A stretch of 64,000 nucleotides of DNA from Escherichia phage vB_EcoM-Ro111lw, in sequence record MH571750.1; one strand, 5' to 3'. A program made the position numbers and the translations under genes. This document shows positions 14,525 through 23,916 of the stretch, one piece after another. The notes under the pieces were generated by a model, which worked only from the letters and a program-made list of their open reading frames with translations, was not told the origin of the DNA and ran no database searches. Numbering within the stretch: the stretch's first letter is position 1; each line of letters starts with the position of its first letter.

Positions 14525-16885
14525 ATGGCAGATTACAAATTGAGTCAATTAAACTCAATCGACACAATTAGTTCAGAAGACCTATTGCACATCAGAGTTA
14601 AGAAAAGACCTGAAATGTTGGGTGACGAAGACCGTAGAATGACCTATCAAGACTTCTTAGCTTCCTTCAAACTAGAAAGGTTTGTTCAGATTGCTGGGAG
14701 CAATATGACGGGGGATTTAGGTATTGTCAAGTTACTTTACGGTGGCAAGGCTGTATTTGACCCTACAGGTTCTTCTGAAATTACTATTGGGGATGTTTTA
14801 AAGACTTTTAAACTTAACGCAAATGGTCTTAAACTAACTATTGCAGATGCTTCAAGGTCAGCAACTGTTTATCATACTCTGAATAAGCCAAGTCCTAATG
14901 AACTTGGGATGAGAACTAATGAAGAAAATGATGCAAGATATGCAAGACTTGCTGTTACAAATAACTTCAGTATTAGGCAAGCAATTGTAACTGATGGTGA
15001 GCAGTTAACTCTTAAGAAGGCAACCAATGCAGGTGCTTCATATATTCAAGGTAGAGATGCTAATAACCAGCAAACTTGGTATGTTGGACAGGGGACTTCA
15101 AACAGTACCAATGTTTATTTGTACAATCATGCTACTGGCTCAATGTTAACCCTTGATGCAACAGCAGCATTTAATAAGTCACTTAGAATCTCCGGACAGA
15201 TTCAACCTTCAGATTTCTCTAACTTAGATGCTAGATACTTCACTCAGACAGTTGCTAATCAGAGATTTGCACAGTTAGCTGGCAATAATACTTTTACAGG
15301 TGCTAACACTTTCACTAACCTTGTTGCTAAGAAGAATGCTAATGCTATTACTTTACAGAATACTGATGCAAGTACAGCACTTTACATTCTCGGTAAGAAG
15401 TCTGATGGAACAAATAAATGGTATGTTGGTACAGATTCTGACGAGACACGTCTAAACATTTATAACTACCTTACAGGTTCACAGATTTCACTAGGTACTA
15501 CTATTGGTATCAATAAGACTGTGCAAATCACTGGACAAGTCCAACCTTCAGATTGGGCTAATATTGACTCTAGATATATTCCGGCAGCAACATTAAGTAC
15601 GATTGCAAGAACTAATGCTGCTAATACATTCTCTGCACAACAGGTTATCAACTCTGATGGCGAAGCTCTTGCGTTACAAGCAAAAACTGTAACGTCATTG
15701 TTTATCAGAGGTAAATCTGCTGATGGAACTAGCAAGTGGTATGTTGGGAATGGTGATGCCAGCGACATCTTAAACCTGTATAACTACAAGACAGGTAAAG
15801 GGCTTAACATTGGTTCATCATTCGAAATGAATGCAACTTTAACAATCACTGGGCAAGTTCAACCTTCAGATTTCTCTAACTTAGATGCTAGATATTACAC
15901 GCAATCTACCGCAAACTCTAGGTATATGCTTGCTTATTCTTCTGGCACTGGTACAGAGGTAGGTGATAGTGATGGAATTGCTTGGAATGCTAAAACTGGT
16001 CTGTATAATGTTATAACGAAATCTGGTGGTTCAACACAACTGGTCTACCATATGTATCAGGGTAGCAGTTCTACACCAGCAGCTCAGTTAAAATTTAACT
16101 ACAACAATGGCGGTTTTTGGTATAGGTCAGCAAGAGACGGTTATGGTTTTGAGAGTGCTTGGTCTAAAATCTATACAGACAAAGATAAACCAACCCCTTC
16201 AGACATCGGTGCATACACTAAAGCTGAAACTGACCAGAAGATTGCAGATGCAATTAGTGACTCTACAGACCTGAATAAAATCTATCCAGTAGGGATTGTG
16301 ACGTGGTTTAACAGTAATGTCAACCCTAACACAGCACTTCCTGGGTTAACTTGGACGTACCTGAACAATGGTGTTGGCAGAACTATTAGAATTGCAGCAG
16401 CAAATGGTTCAGATGTTGCTACAACTGGTGGTTCAGACTCTGTAACATTAGCTGTTGGTAACTTGCCTTCACACACGCATAGTTTCTCTGCTACCACTTC
16501 ATCATTTGATTATGGTACTAAGACTTCTAGCACAACTGGTAACCATAACCACAACAGAGGGACTATGGAGATTACTGGTACAGTGGGTTACTTTAGAAGT
16601 GACTCTAGCAGCTTCTACACAGCAAGTGGTGCATTCACACTTGGTAGCTCAACTGCTTCTAAGGGTTTTACTGGCTCTAACTTCACTAATGGTATCCCTG
16701 CTAACTTTAATGCGTCAAGAACTTGGTCTGGTGTAACGAATACGACAGGTAACCACAGCCACACTGTTGGTATTGGTGCTCACAGCCACACAGTTAGTGG
16801 TAACACAGGTGGTACTGGTTCTGGTTCAGCATTTAGTGTTACTAACCAGTTCTATAAGTTAATGGCTTGGGTGAGAACTGCTTAG
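14525..16885 (+). CDS. Tail fiber protein (long), three internal ~110-aa repeats, same His-rich C-terminal module
   Basis: Three tandem repeats ending (I/V)QPSD(F/W)(S/A)N(L/I)D(A/S)RY; C-terminal HTHS/HNHN/HSHT motifs and ending AFSV...W.RTA paralogous to 13303..14478. Confidence 0.7.
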   Translation: MADYKLSQLNSIDTISSEDLLHIRVKKRPEMLGDEDRRMTYQDFLASFKLERFVQIAGSNMTGDLGIVKLLYGGKAVFDPTGSSEITIGDVLKTFKLNANGLKLTIADASRSATVYHTLNKPSPNELGMRTNEENDARYARLAVTNNFSIRQAIVTDGEQLTLKKATNAGASYIQGRDANNQQTWYVGQGTSNSTNVYLYNHATGSMLTLDATAAFNKSLRISGQIQPSDFSNLDARYFTQTVANQRFAQLAGNNTFTGANTFTNLVAKKNANAITLQNTDASTALYILGKKSDGTNKWYVGTDSDETRLNIYNYLTGSQISLGTTIGINKTVQITGQVQPSDWANIDSRYIPAATLSTIARTNAANTFSAQQVINSDGEALALQAKTVTSLFIRGKSADGTSKWYVGNGDASDILNLYNYKTGKGLNIGSSFEMNATLTITGQVQPSDFSNLDARYYTQSTANSRYMLAYSSGTGTEVGDSDGIAWNAKTGLYNVITKSGGSTQLVYHMYQGSSSTPAAQLKFNYNNGGFWYRSARDGYGFESAWSKIYTDKDKPTPSDIGAYTKAETDQKIADAISDSTDLNKIYPVGIVTWFNSNVNPNTALPGLTWTYLNNGVGRTIRIAAANGSDVATTGGSDSVTLAVGNLPSHTHSFSATTSSFDYGTKTSSTTGNHNHNRGTMEITGTVGYFRSDSSSFYTASGAFTLGSSTASKGFTGSNFTNGIPANFNASRTWSGVTNTTGNHSHTVGIGAHSHTVSGNTGGTGSGSAFSVTNQFYKLMAWVRTA
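15201..15237 (+). repeat. 37-bp direct DNA repeat inside fiber gene (copy 1; partner near 15858-15894)
   Basis: ttcaaccttcagatttctctaacttagatgctagata occurs twice about 660 bp apart within 14525..16885. Confidence 0.6.
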
Positions 16886-16892
16886 TCCCTTA

Positions 16893-16921
16893 TTGACTGA
16901 TTGTTAAGATGGTGCTAATAT
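16893..16921 (+). promoter_or_regulatory. Sigma70-like promoter TTGACT-N17-TAATAT, overlapping a 9-bp-stem hairpin (16906-16946)
   Basis: Hexamers identical to the cassette promoter at 57172; hairpin AAGATGGTG...CACCATCTT. Confidence 0.4.
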
Positions 16922-16964
16922 TCTTTATGGGTATTCTCACCATCTTGGCTGATGAGGTGATTAA

Positions 16965-17162
16965 ATGCCTACAATCCTAGCAATTCTTCTAAAAAATCTA
17001 GGTAGCTTCTTCTGGAAACTCATTTTATCCCTTCTAAGTGAATACATGATTGAGAAAGTGTTCTTTAAGCTTGCAAGATACCTTGCGAGTAAGACAGACA
17101 CACCTATTGATGATGAGTTCGTAGATAACTTAGAAAAAGCTTTTAAGGGGGAGAATAAATGA
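16965..17162 (+). CDS. Small amphipathic protein (lysis-associated or virion protein; unknown)
   Basis: 65 aa; ATG with GAGGTGA RBS; hydrophobic/amphipathic N-terminus. Confidence 0.45.
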   Translation: MPTILAILLKNLGSFFWKLILSLLSEYMIEKVFFKLARYLASKTDTPIDDEFVDNLEKAFKGENK

Positions 17163-17530
17163 AGTGGCTAGAGGATGCTTTTAAAAATAATATTGGTGCA
17201 ATTGTAGTTGGTATTTTTAGTGTTATTGGGATGTATACCACGATGCAGGTTTCAAGTGGTAAACAAGAAGTGTCTGTCACAACAAAGTTACAACAGCTAG
17301 ATAATTATTCCAAAAGTAACTATTCAGCTATTCGTGATTTACAGTCTGACATGAGACTGATTCAGCTAGGGATGGAGAACCAGAAAGTCCAGTTAGAGAA
17401 TGTTAAGGGTGAAAACGCAAAACTTACCAAAACCCTTGATAAATTCTCTGACAGTGTGAACAATCTGGCTCAATCAGTATCAGCCTTGCAAGCTATTACT
17501 GAAAAGAACACAAAGAATACTGAAAAATAA
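17159..17530 (+). CDS. Membrane-anchored coiled-coil protein (unknown)
   Basis: N-terminal TM helix (IGAIVVGIFSVIGMY) then heptad-rich region; RBS AAGGGGGAG. Confidence 0.5.
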   Translation: MKWLEDAFKNNIGAIVVGIFSVIGMYTTMQVSSGKQEVSVTTKLQQLDNYSKSNYSAIRDLQSDMRLIQLGMENQKVQLENVKGENAKLTKTLDKFSDSVNNLAQSVSALQAITEKNTKNTEK

Positions 17531-17537
17531 AATTTAA

Positions 17538-17562
17538 GGCTCCTTTTTACGGGAGCCTTTTT
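17538..17562. terminator. Bidirectional terminator between convergent operons
   Basis: GGCTCC-ttttta-cGGGAGCC hairpin with T-run on plus strand and A/T-rich flank on minus; sits between the + gene ending 17530 and the - gene ending 17567. Confidence 0.6.
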
Positions 17563-17566
17563 GTTT

Positions 17567-18466
17567 TTACTTGCCTACTGACAGAGGTGCTTCAATCTTT
17601 CCTGCATGTTGGTAGTTGTTAATGCCACCAATAAAATCACTTGCAGTAAGATGTTTCAGGTCACTTAAAGTATTAAGTGGTAGACCAATCTCAAAAGTTG
17701 GTGCATGGAACTCTTCATTGTTCATCAGTTCATAAACCTGTTTCATATGGTTCTGATAAATCTGAGTATCTCCAAAGACACCTATCAAGTACCGTGGAGT
17801 GTATCCAGTCATCTTACAAAGAACTTCTAAGATGAAACCATAAGACGCAATGTTAAATGGAAGTCCTAAAAAGGTGTCTACAGAACGCTGATACCATTGC
17901 AAATCCACTTCACCTTCATTAGTGATATAAATCTGAAACAGAACATGACAAGGTGCTAAAGCCATTGAGTTTGCTGCAATATCTGCTGCATTCCAAGCAT
18001 TAACAAGCATGTAACGGTCTGTGATATCACCCTTCATCTTCGTTACTAAGGTCTCTAGTTGGTCTACAACACAACCATTATGACCTTCAAAGTTTCTCCA
18101 CTGAACCCCATAGATTCTCCCACCTGCATCATCTAACCAATCTTGTTCAGAAGAATAATTAGAGCTTAACCAGCGTTTAAAATCATCTGACCAGATAGTC
18201 CAGCGTTCCCCGTCATTTTCATCCCAAGTACGGTAACGAAGTTCACCCAGCTTATTCTCACCATTCAGGAACCATAAAGCCTCCCCAATAACTTGCCGTG
18301 TAAACACCTGTTTAGATGTTAAGAGCGGGAAACCAGTCCTCATATCAAAACGAAACTGAGGTGGAGCAAAAGCAGAGATAACATCTCCAGTTCTTGTAGT
18401 ACGCAGTTCACCAACGGATAAAACATGGTTCAGGATATTTTTGTAACTTGTATCTGCTTGTGACAT
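17567..18466 (-). CDS. thyA: Thymidylate synthase
   Basis: Active-site region ...LAPCHVLFQ... and conserved thymidylate synthase blocks (FLGLPFNIASY); 299 aa. Confidence 0.9.
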   Translation of the reverse strand: MSQADTSYKNILNHVLSVGELRTTRTGDVISAFAPPQFRFDMRTGFPLLTSKQVFTRQVIGEALWFLNGENKLGELRYRTWDENDGERWTIWSDDFKRWLSSNYSSEQDWLDDAGGRIYGVQWRNFEGHNGCVVDQLETLVTKMKGDITDRYMLVNAWNAADIAANSMALAPCHVLFQIYITNEGEVDLQWYQRSVDTFLGLPFNIASYGFILEVLCKMTGYTPRYLIGVFGDTQIYQNHMKQVYELMNNEEFHAPTFEIGLPLNTLSDLKHLTASDFIGGINNYQHAGKIEAPLSVGK

Positions 18467-18467
18467 A

Positions 18468-19013
18468 TCAAAAGTGTCCTTTTACTTGTGGAACATAAAT
18501 TTCAAAAGTTGCTTTACCATCCTCTGATGGTTTTGACTGTACCTTTGTAAACACACGGTTATCATACAGCTTCTCAAAGAAGTTTTCAAAAGGTAAATGC
18601 ACAGTGGCCTCTTCAGTAACTTTATGGAAAACAGTATGGAACACCACACTAGCATACGGTAAAGCATTGACAAGGATACCTGCACCACCAATTACAAAGA
18701 CATCTTCATCAATAGAGCTATCAAGATACTTCAAAAATGCTCCAAATGACTCTTTACTGGCTTTAGCATACATTATCTCATCTTTGCCAAAATCTATGCC
18801 TAAGTATGGTACAGAATTTGTTAAGATTAGGTTTGCACGTTCTGGTAAAGGTTTACTCCCCAGAGTCTTGAAAGTCTCGTTACCCATCACTACTAAGTTG
18901 TTTTTAGTGAGTCTCTTAAACTCTTGCATGTCCTGTTTATGTCGAGGCCACGGCATACCAGTTGGAGTACCAAACTCACCATTTTCACCACTTGCAAAGA
19001 TTAATTTAATCAT
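18468..19013 (-). CDS. folA: Dihydrofolate reductase
   Basis: N-terminal DHFR signature (IFA...NG..G....PW, LVVMGNETF, RANLILT); adjacent to thyA. Confidence 0.8.
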   Translation of the reverse strand: MIKLIFASGENGEFGTPTGMPWPRHKQDMQEFKRLTKNNLVVMGNETFKTLGSKPLPERANLILTNSVPYLGIDFGKDEIMYAKASKESFGAFLKYLDSSIDEDVFVIGGAGILVNALPYASVVFHTVFHKVTEEATVHLPFENFFEKLYDNRVFTKVQSKPSEDGKATFEIYVPQVKGHF

Positions 19014-19270
19014 TTTGTAAATCCTTTCTTAATGAACCAGTTGATAACATTCTTCACCGCTTTATTGCTATGATAGATTAAGTGTGGTGCAGGTTGGTAT
19101 GAACCATAAGCCCAGAAAGCAATAATTTCACTACACCCTGTACACCTTGTACTCTCTTCAGCAATATGACCGTTGACTATTTCACTTACCTCACCTTGTA
19201 AGTCTGTGCATCCACAATGTGGACAACGGATAGGTGCTCCGTCAGACTCATAGCAGTGTTCAATTTTCAT
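19010..19270 (-). CDS. Small Cys-rich (zinc-ribbon-like) protein
   Basis: CPHCGC...C.GC pattern; 86 aa. Confidence 0.45.
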   Translation of the reverse strand: MKIEHCYESDGAPIRCPHCGCTDLQGEVSEIVNGHIAEESTRCTGCSEIIAFWAYGSYQPAPHLIYHSNKAVKNVINWFIKKGFTK

Positions 19271-19786
19271 TTATTTAACCTCAAAAACTGGTTCAAGAAC
19301 CAATATAAAATCTACACAGTCATCTTCTTCATCCAGAATACCATCAAAGTTCTTAGGAACGAAGTCGAAGAGGCTCATCACAAAGCAGTCAGAAGTAACC
19401 CTGATAGTTCCTCCAATGTTCTCTACAGTTAACACTGTACGACTTTCTTTTACCTCTCGCAAAAGATTACTCACAAAGTCATCTAAGAAGTACTTCATCA
19501 GTGATTTAAAGCCTTTAGGGTAATCTGTACCAGAGTATGTTTCAATCTGAGGTACAAGCTTAACATTTATACTAGTCTTTGTTAAGAATGTGTTAGAGAA
19601 CATACTATCAGGTAACTTACAAACAATCTTTCCAGTACCTTCATGTTCAATCTCAACAAAACCAGCTTCATCGCCACATGTAACTATTTTAAAAGATGCT
19701 TCATTCTCACACTGTGAAGCCATAAACTTTTTAAGCATCACTTTAAGGAAATCTGCATGAGCATCTTGTAAGTAGACATCAATCAT
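19271..19786 (-). CDS. Hypothetical protein
   Basis: 171-aa ORF, ATG start, in minus-strand operon. Confidence 0.5.
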   Translation of the reverse strand: MIDVYLQDAHADFLKVMLKKFMASQCENEASFKIVTCGDEAGFVEIEHEGTGKIVCKLPDSMFSNTFLTKTSINVKLVPQIETYSGTDYPKGFKSLMKYFLDDFVSNLLREVKESRTVLTVENIGGTIRVTSDCFVMSLFDFVPKNFDGILDEEDDCVDFILVLEPVFEVK

Positions 19787-19799
19787 AGTTAATCACCTA

Positions 19800-20159
19800 T
19801 TATGGGAACAGACACTTAATGTCATCATTTTTGAAAACGAAGCTTGTGTAATTGTGACCATCAACATCCAGCCAAACAGCCTGAACATCTACACCATCAA
19901 GATTGTGGTAAAGCTCTTTGATGAAGTGGTCTTTTACAATCTGGCTACTAGTTGTTTCCAGCTTAATGTTTGAGATTGCTGAACCTACAGCCATATAACC
20001 CATGACACGTTTCTTCTCAGTATGCTTAATCTTACCATCTTTATAAGCCATAATGAGATTGGAAAGAATCTTCACACCATAATACTTTTCAAGGTGAGTA
20101 GGTACACCATAAAAGCCTAATGCGAAGTTTTCAGAGTGGATAATGTTTTCACGTTTCAT
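19800..20159 (-). CDS. Hypothetical protein
   Basis: 119-aa ORF, ATG start. Confidence 0.5.
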   Translation of the reverse strand: MKRENIIHSENFALGFYGVPTHLEKYYGVKILSNLIMAYKDGKIKHTEKKRVMGYMAVGSAISNIKLETTSSQIVKDHFIKELYHNLDGVDVQAVWLDVDGHNYTSFVFKNDDIKCLFP

Positions 20160-20160
20160 A

Positions 20161-20460
20161 TTAATCTGCCAGCCTTAAATTAAAATTAACACCAAATTTT
20201 TCGCATACTTCCAACATATACTCAAGGGAGACATTACCAGTGAGGTGGATTATGTTGGATACGCGAGCCTGAGAGATACCACAAATTTTAGCAACTTGCT
20301 CTTGAGAAAGACCTCTGGATTTAATCTCTCTCTTAAAACGATGTGCAACGAAGTCTCTCATTTCGTCTACATCCATTGGACAAATATAACTCTCCATTTC
20401 AGCCTCTCTGTCAGCCTCCCAATCATCTTGTGGAGCATAAGGGTCAAAAGTCTCATTCAT
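20161..20460 (-). CDS. HTH (XRE-family-like) DNA-binding protein; start moved to ATG (MNETF...)
   Basis: C-terminal helix-turn-helix LSQEQVAKICGISQARVSNIIHL; ORF-track start is a TTG, in-frame ATG at 20460. Confidence 0.6.
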   Translation of the reverse strand: MNETFDPYAPQDDWEADREAEMESYICPMDVDEMRDFVAHRFKREIKSRGLSQEQVAKICGISQARVSNIIHLTGNVSLEYMLEVCEKFGVNFNLRLAD

Positions 20461-20665
20461 CTTTCTTCTTCCGTTTGCGTGAAGTGTCAATCAATGAATC
20501 TATGTTTGTAGCCCTAACCTTTTCACGTTCATCGTTAAGATAATCATCAAGAGCCTTTTCAATCTGTGAATCATCTTGACAGATAACTGTAAAGACTGTA
20601 AAGCCGTCTGTATCATCAATTATCTTACCATAACCACTTCTAGGATGTAACTTTTTAAGAGCCAT
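20453..20665 (-). CDS. Hypothetical protein
   Basis: 70-aa ORF with ATG start; basic C-terminus. Confidence 0.4.
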   Translation of the reverse strand: MALKKLHPRSGYGKIIDDTDGFTVFTVICQDDSQIEKALDDYLNDEREKVRATNIDSLIDTSRKRKKKDE

Positions 20666-20666
20666 A

Positions 20667-21050
20667 TCAAATACCTGTGCAGCTTCTGTTTTCTAAGAAA
20701 TACTCAACACCATACATAGCTTTTTGCATCAAATCTTCTTTAAACTGAATACGATGATTGAGCATAGTCTGTACATCAATATCATCAGGGTGCTTCTCTT
20801 TAATATTTGCAGATTGCAGGAAATACTCTGCAAGAACACGATACTGATAGTCAGTTACCTTATCAGTCATCTCTGTTAAAGACTCTTCAGAGATTGGTTT
20901 AAGTAACTCACCATTAGTCAAAGCAACACCTTTAACAATCTGACAAGTGTCTTCTGGAACACCTGATAAGTCCACATTTGGGAGTTCTGTTGCATTGACT
21001 GGTAAATTCATTGACATAACCATTGCAGCAGCTAATAAAATCTTTTTCAT
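20667..21050 (-). CDS. Secreted (signal-peptide) protein of unknown function
   Basis: N-terminal MKKILLAAAMVMSMNLPVNA signal-peptide-like sequence. Confidence 0.55.
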   Translation of the reverse strand: MKKILLAAAMVMSMNLPVNATELPNVDLSGVPEDTCQIVKGVALTNGELLKPISEESLTEMTDKVTDYQYRVLAEYFLQSANIKEKHPDDIDVQTMLNHRIQFKEDLMQKAMYGVEYFLENRSCTGI

Positions 21051-21481
21051 AATGACCTCAAAGTTATATTAAATTTTGTATTACATTGAGCATAAAAATA
21101 AGCTATAACACCTGACTTGTCAACAGATTTTATAGCTTATTTGGCAGATTTTTTATAAGGCTACTGCCATCCTTCCATACCAGACCACACCATGCAAAAC
21201 CAGACTTCACATCGCCTTGCCGTGCAATACATTACTTAAAAACCCTCTTAGAAGACTCTTAAGTGATGCTGGTGAGTACCTGTTGGTTTATGCTGCTCAG
21301 TATACTCACCAAATTTTCTATGTCAACAACTTTATATAAAAGTCCTGATAGCTATATGTGTTACAAAACAGAAGATTGTGAACAAGACACCCATTGCAAA
21401 GGATGTGTTCAAAAGTTTACTTGTTATGTAAGACAATACAAAGACAACTAATGCAAACAGAATGATTGTGCTTAACATAGT

Positions 21482-22585
21482 TTACTCATAATCCCTAATA
21501 ACTAGCCCAACAGGAAACTGTAAAGAACCCTTACGAGTCATCTTCTGGAACTGAACCGTTAAAGGCTTCCCAATAAACTCTTCAGGATGCTCAGCAAGAT
21601 ACTGTTTCTTCTCATGAGTAGTCTTCCATGAGACATCTACAAAGACGTTAGGAAGAGTCTCTACAACGAACTTGCCATGACCACGCTTATCAGTCTTTAC
21701 ACCAGTCACTTTAAACTCTTCAGTGTGCATCTTCTTGTGCTTAATCAAGAAGTATGAACGGTGACAGCACTCATAGAAGGAGTCTTCAGAGATTGAACGG
21801 TACATTGCACCTTCAAACTTAGCTTCAACCCACTTATCATGAGCTTCATCAAACTCTTCCCAAGAATTTACACGACGAGACTTAACAGGAACAACTTTAC
21901 AGCCGTCTCTAAAGTCATTCAATGGTGAAGTCTCAATAATATCTCTACGCTCAGGCCACGTCTTAGTACTGTCACAGATATCATACCAGTAAAACTTAAG
22001 TAGATGACGGTCAGGATTGTCTTCATTTTTAATCATAGAGACAATATCTTCTAAGTCCCACCCATGAGCATAAATCTCACCATCAAATTCATCAACATCT
22101 TTGTGGAGCCTTAACATTGCCATAATGTCAGGTATTAGCTCAGTGGGGATTTTATAAACAGTATTCTCACGAGAGTATGCTGTAAATACACTACCAATGC
22201 TTAAGTGTCTTGAAATTCTACAACGGACACCATCAAGTTTTGGTTGAGCGTCAGCAGGGAACTTCAGATACTTTGCATGACTAACCTTTGCAGCATCATG
22301 AGCAAGCTGTACACCTACCTTCTCAGTATTCTGTGCAGACTCTTTTGTGTAAGCATAACCTTTGCGGTCAACTTGTTTTTTATACTTAGCAGCAACTTCA
22401 AAGAGAGCTTGTTGTTCAGCGTTACGCTCATTCTTTTTACCGATGTTTTTAGGTTCTGCTGTATACTCTTCAAACATCATCTTGCCATTTTCTTTGCCAT
22501 ACGTGGTAACAACTTTGTCACCTACAGCGACACATGACCAGACGTTAAAAGAGCCATCTTTATTTTGTTTGTATAGAATTGTCAT
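21482..22585 (-). CDS. ATP-dependent DNA ligase
   Basis: Adenylation motif I PKLDGVRC (KxDG); 367 aa, T7-ligase-like size. Confidence 0.75.
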   Translation of the reverse strand: MTILYKQNKDGSFNVWSCVAVGDKVVTTYGKENGKMMFEEYTAEPKNIGKKNERNAEQQALFEVAAKYKKQVDRKGYAYTKESAQNTEKVGVQLAHDAAKVSHAKYLKFPADAQPKLDGVRCRISRHLSIGSVFTAYSRENTVYKIPTELIPDIMAMLRLHKDVDEFDGEIYAHGWDLEDIVSMIKNEDNPDRHLLKFYWYDICDSTKTWPERRDIIETSPLNDFRDGCKVVPVKSRRVNSWEEFDEAHDKWVEAKFEGAMYRSISEDSFYECCHRSYFLIKHKKMHTEEFKVTGVKTDKRGHGKFVVETLPNVFVDVSWKTTHEKKQYLAEHPEEFIGKPLTVQFQKMTRKGSLQFPVGLVIRDYE

Positions 22586-22590
22586 TCAAA

Positions 22591-23115
22591 TTACCTTAGC
22601 ATGTGTGATTTTACTGGAATAAAGATACCAAATTGTGAGACTGCTAAATCAGATAGTGACATACACTGTTCAGGTAAGTACACAAAAACCCCTGTGTAGA
22701 AGTCTATAAAAGAACCATCATCTTGTTTGCAGGCTAGTTTTCCATAACCATAGTTGTACAACTTTAATGAACCATCATCATACTTTAAGTAGTTCTTGAA
22801 CTGAACATTAAAAGCATATTCAGAGAACCTTGTGTACAGGTCATAAAGCAACCCAATACTGTCGTCGACTATTGCTACACCAAACTTTTTACAAATATCT
22901 ACATAGTTTTTGTATAATTTATTATGATTTTCAGGTGTTGCAAAGTTTGTATACCAATGTTCTAAGATAGATAACTTAATTGGCTGATTTTTAGAATATT
23001 CTAATACCTTCATGTCATACCAAGATTTCCTAAGTCTGACATCATCTAGCCTTAAATTTTGAGACACTTCACGGAAGTTTTTGATGATTATATTTCTGCG
23101 CCTATTGTCAATCAT
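22591..23115 (-). CDS. Hypothetical protein (start moved to in-frame ATG)
   Basis: ORF-track start is TTG; ATG at MIDNRRRN. Confidence 0.45.
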   Translation of the reverse strand: MIDNRRRNIIIKNFREVSQNLRLDDVRLRKSWYDMKVLEYSKNQPIKLSILEHWYTNFATPENHNKLYKNYVDICKKFGVAIVDDSIGLLYDLYTRFSEYAFNVQFKNYLKYDDGSLKLYNYGYGKLACKQDDGSFIDFYTGVFVYLPEQCMSLSDLAVSQFGIFIPVKSHMLR

Positions 23116-23117
23116 AA

Positions 23118-23309
23118 TCAGCCCTCTGAGTGATACCAAGTATTACAAGCATTACATGCGTAAAGCTCTAAGTCATTTTTATCTGGTTTATGAAAACAGT
23201 TTGCTCCGCAGTGGCAACGAAACGGCTTTCCACCAACTGTCAGGATGAAGGATTGAACCTTTCCATCTGGAGTTCGTACAGCATTTTTATGCTTATCTTC
23301 TTTGTTCAT
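23118..23309 (-). CDS. Small zinc-binding protein (CxxC...CxxC)
   Basis: C.C....C..C pattern in 63 aa. Confidence 0.4.
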   Translation of the reverse strand: MNKEDKHKNAVRTPDGKVQSFILTVGGKPFRCHCGANCFHKPDKNDLELYACNACNTWYHSEG

Positions 23310-23512
23310 TTTCTCTTACCACCAATCTCTACGTCAATAACTTGAACATCACCAGCAACATCAAACTTATGAATGATGCTTTCCACAGTGTAAGTCCAAC
23401 CCTCGATTCGAACCAACTCACCTTCTCGTGGGACGATTGGGTTACGTTGAGCTACGGTTGTAGTGGAGTGAACAACATCATAACAGTAGATATAGTTTAC
23501 TAGGACTTCCAT
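23306..23512 (-). CDS. Hypothetical protein
   Basis: 68 aa, ATG start, 4-nt overlap. Confidence 0.45.
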   Translation of the reverse strand: MEVLVNYIYCYDVVHSTTTVAQRNPIVPREGELVRIEGWTYTVESIIHKFDVAGDVQVIDVEIGGKRK

Positions 23513-23522
23513 CGTAAAAACC

Positions 23523-23780
23523 TCACTCTATAACAGTAGTGTGTGATTGACCATTTTTGCCATAGCTATAAGATGTTGTTGTTTGAGAGTTTGGACATCT
23601 GACAACAACAATATCTCTGCTTATTGCATCCCCATTTAACTTATAGACTTTGCAATCTTGCATCTCTGGTGGGAGACTATAAGAAGCATTTTTGTCCTCA
23701 TAAGAGGGGTTGCAGCCAGATAGAAAAAGTACTCCAAGTGCAACCATTGCTTTCACACAACTCTTAACCTTATTGTTCAC
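23523..23780 (-). CDS. Small lipoprotein (possible receptor-blocking / superinfection-exclusion type)
   Basis: Basic n-region, hydrophobic core and lipobox LSGC; mature part about 60 aa; GTG start with GAGAGG RBS (alternative ATG 33 nt downstream). Confidence 0.5.
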   Translation of the reverse strand: MNNKVKSCVKAMVALGVLFLSGCNPSYEDKNASYSLPPEMQDCKVYKLNGDAISRDIVVVRCPNSQTTTSYSYGKNGQSHTTVIE

Positions 23781-23916
23781 GATAGTCTACCTCTCTGTAT
23801 GTTTTTAAATAGTGAGTGATGAGTTCTGGTAATTCACTACGTTTAACGTTTGAACGAAGAAGTGTCCAGTCAAAACCTTTACCAACCCTTCCCCAGAGAC
23901 TGTACATTTTCTTCAT
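23770..23916 (-). CDS. Possible small ORF (48 aa) not in the ORF track
   Basis: ATG overlapping upstream stop (ATGA); fills an otherwise empty 130-bp gap; below the 60-aa track cutoff. Confidence 0.25.
   Translation of the reverse strand: MKKMYSLWGRVGKGFDWTLLRSNVKRSELPELITHYLKTYREVDYREQ

Noticed and set aside
21263-21451. 62-aa plus-strand ORF in the gap of the minus-strand operon
   Set aside because: Opposite orientation to all neighbouring genes, no RBS noted, Cys/Tyr-rich odd composition; kept only as part of the unexplained gap.
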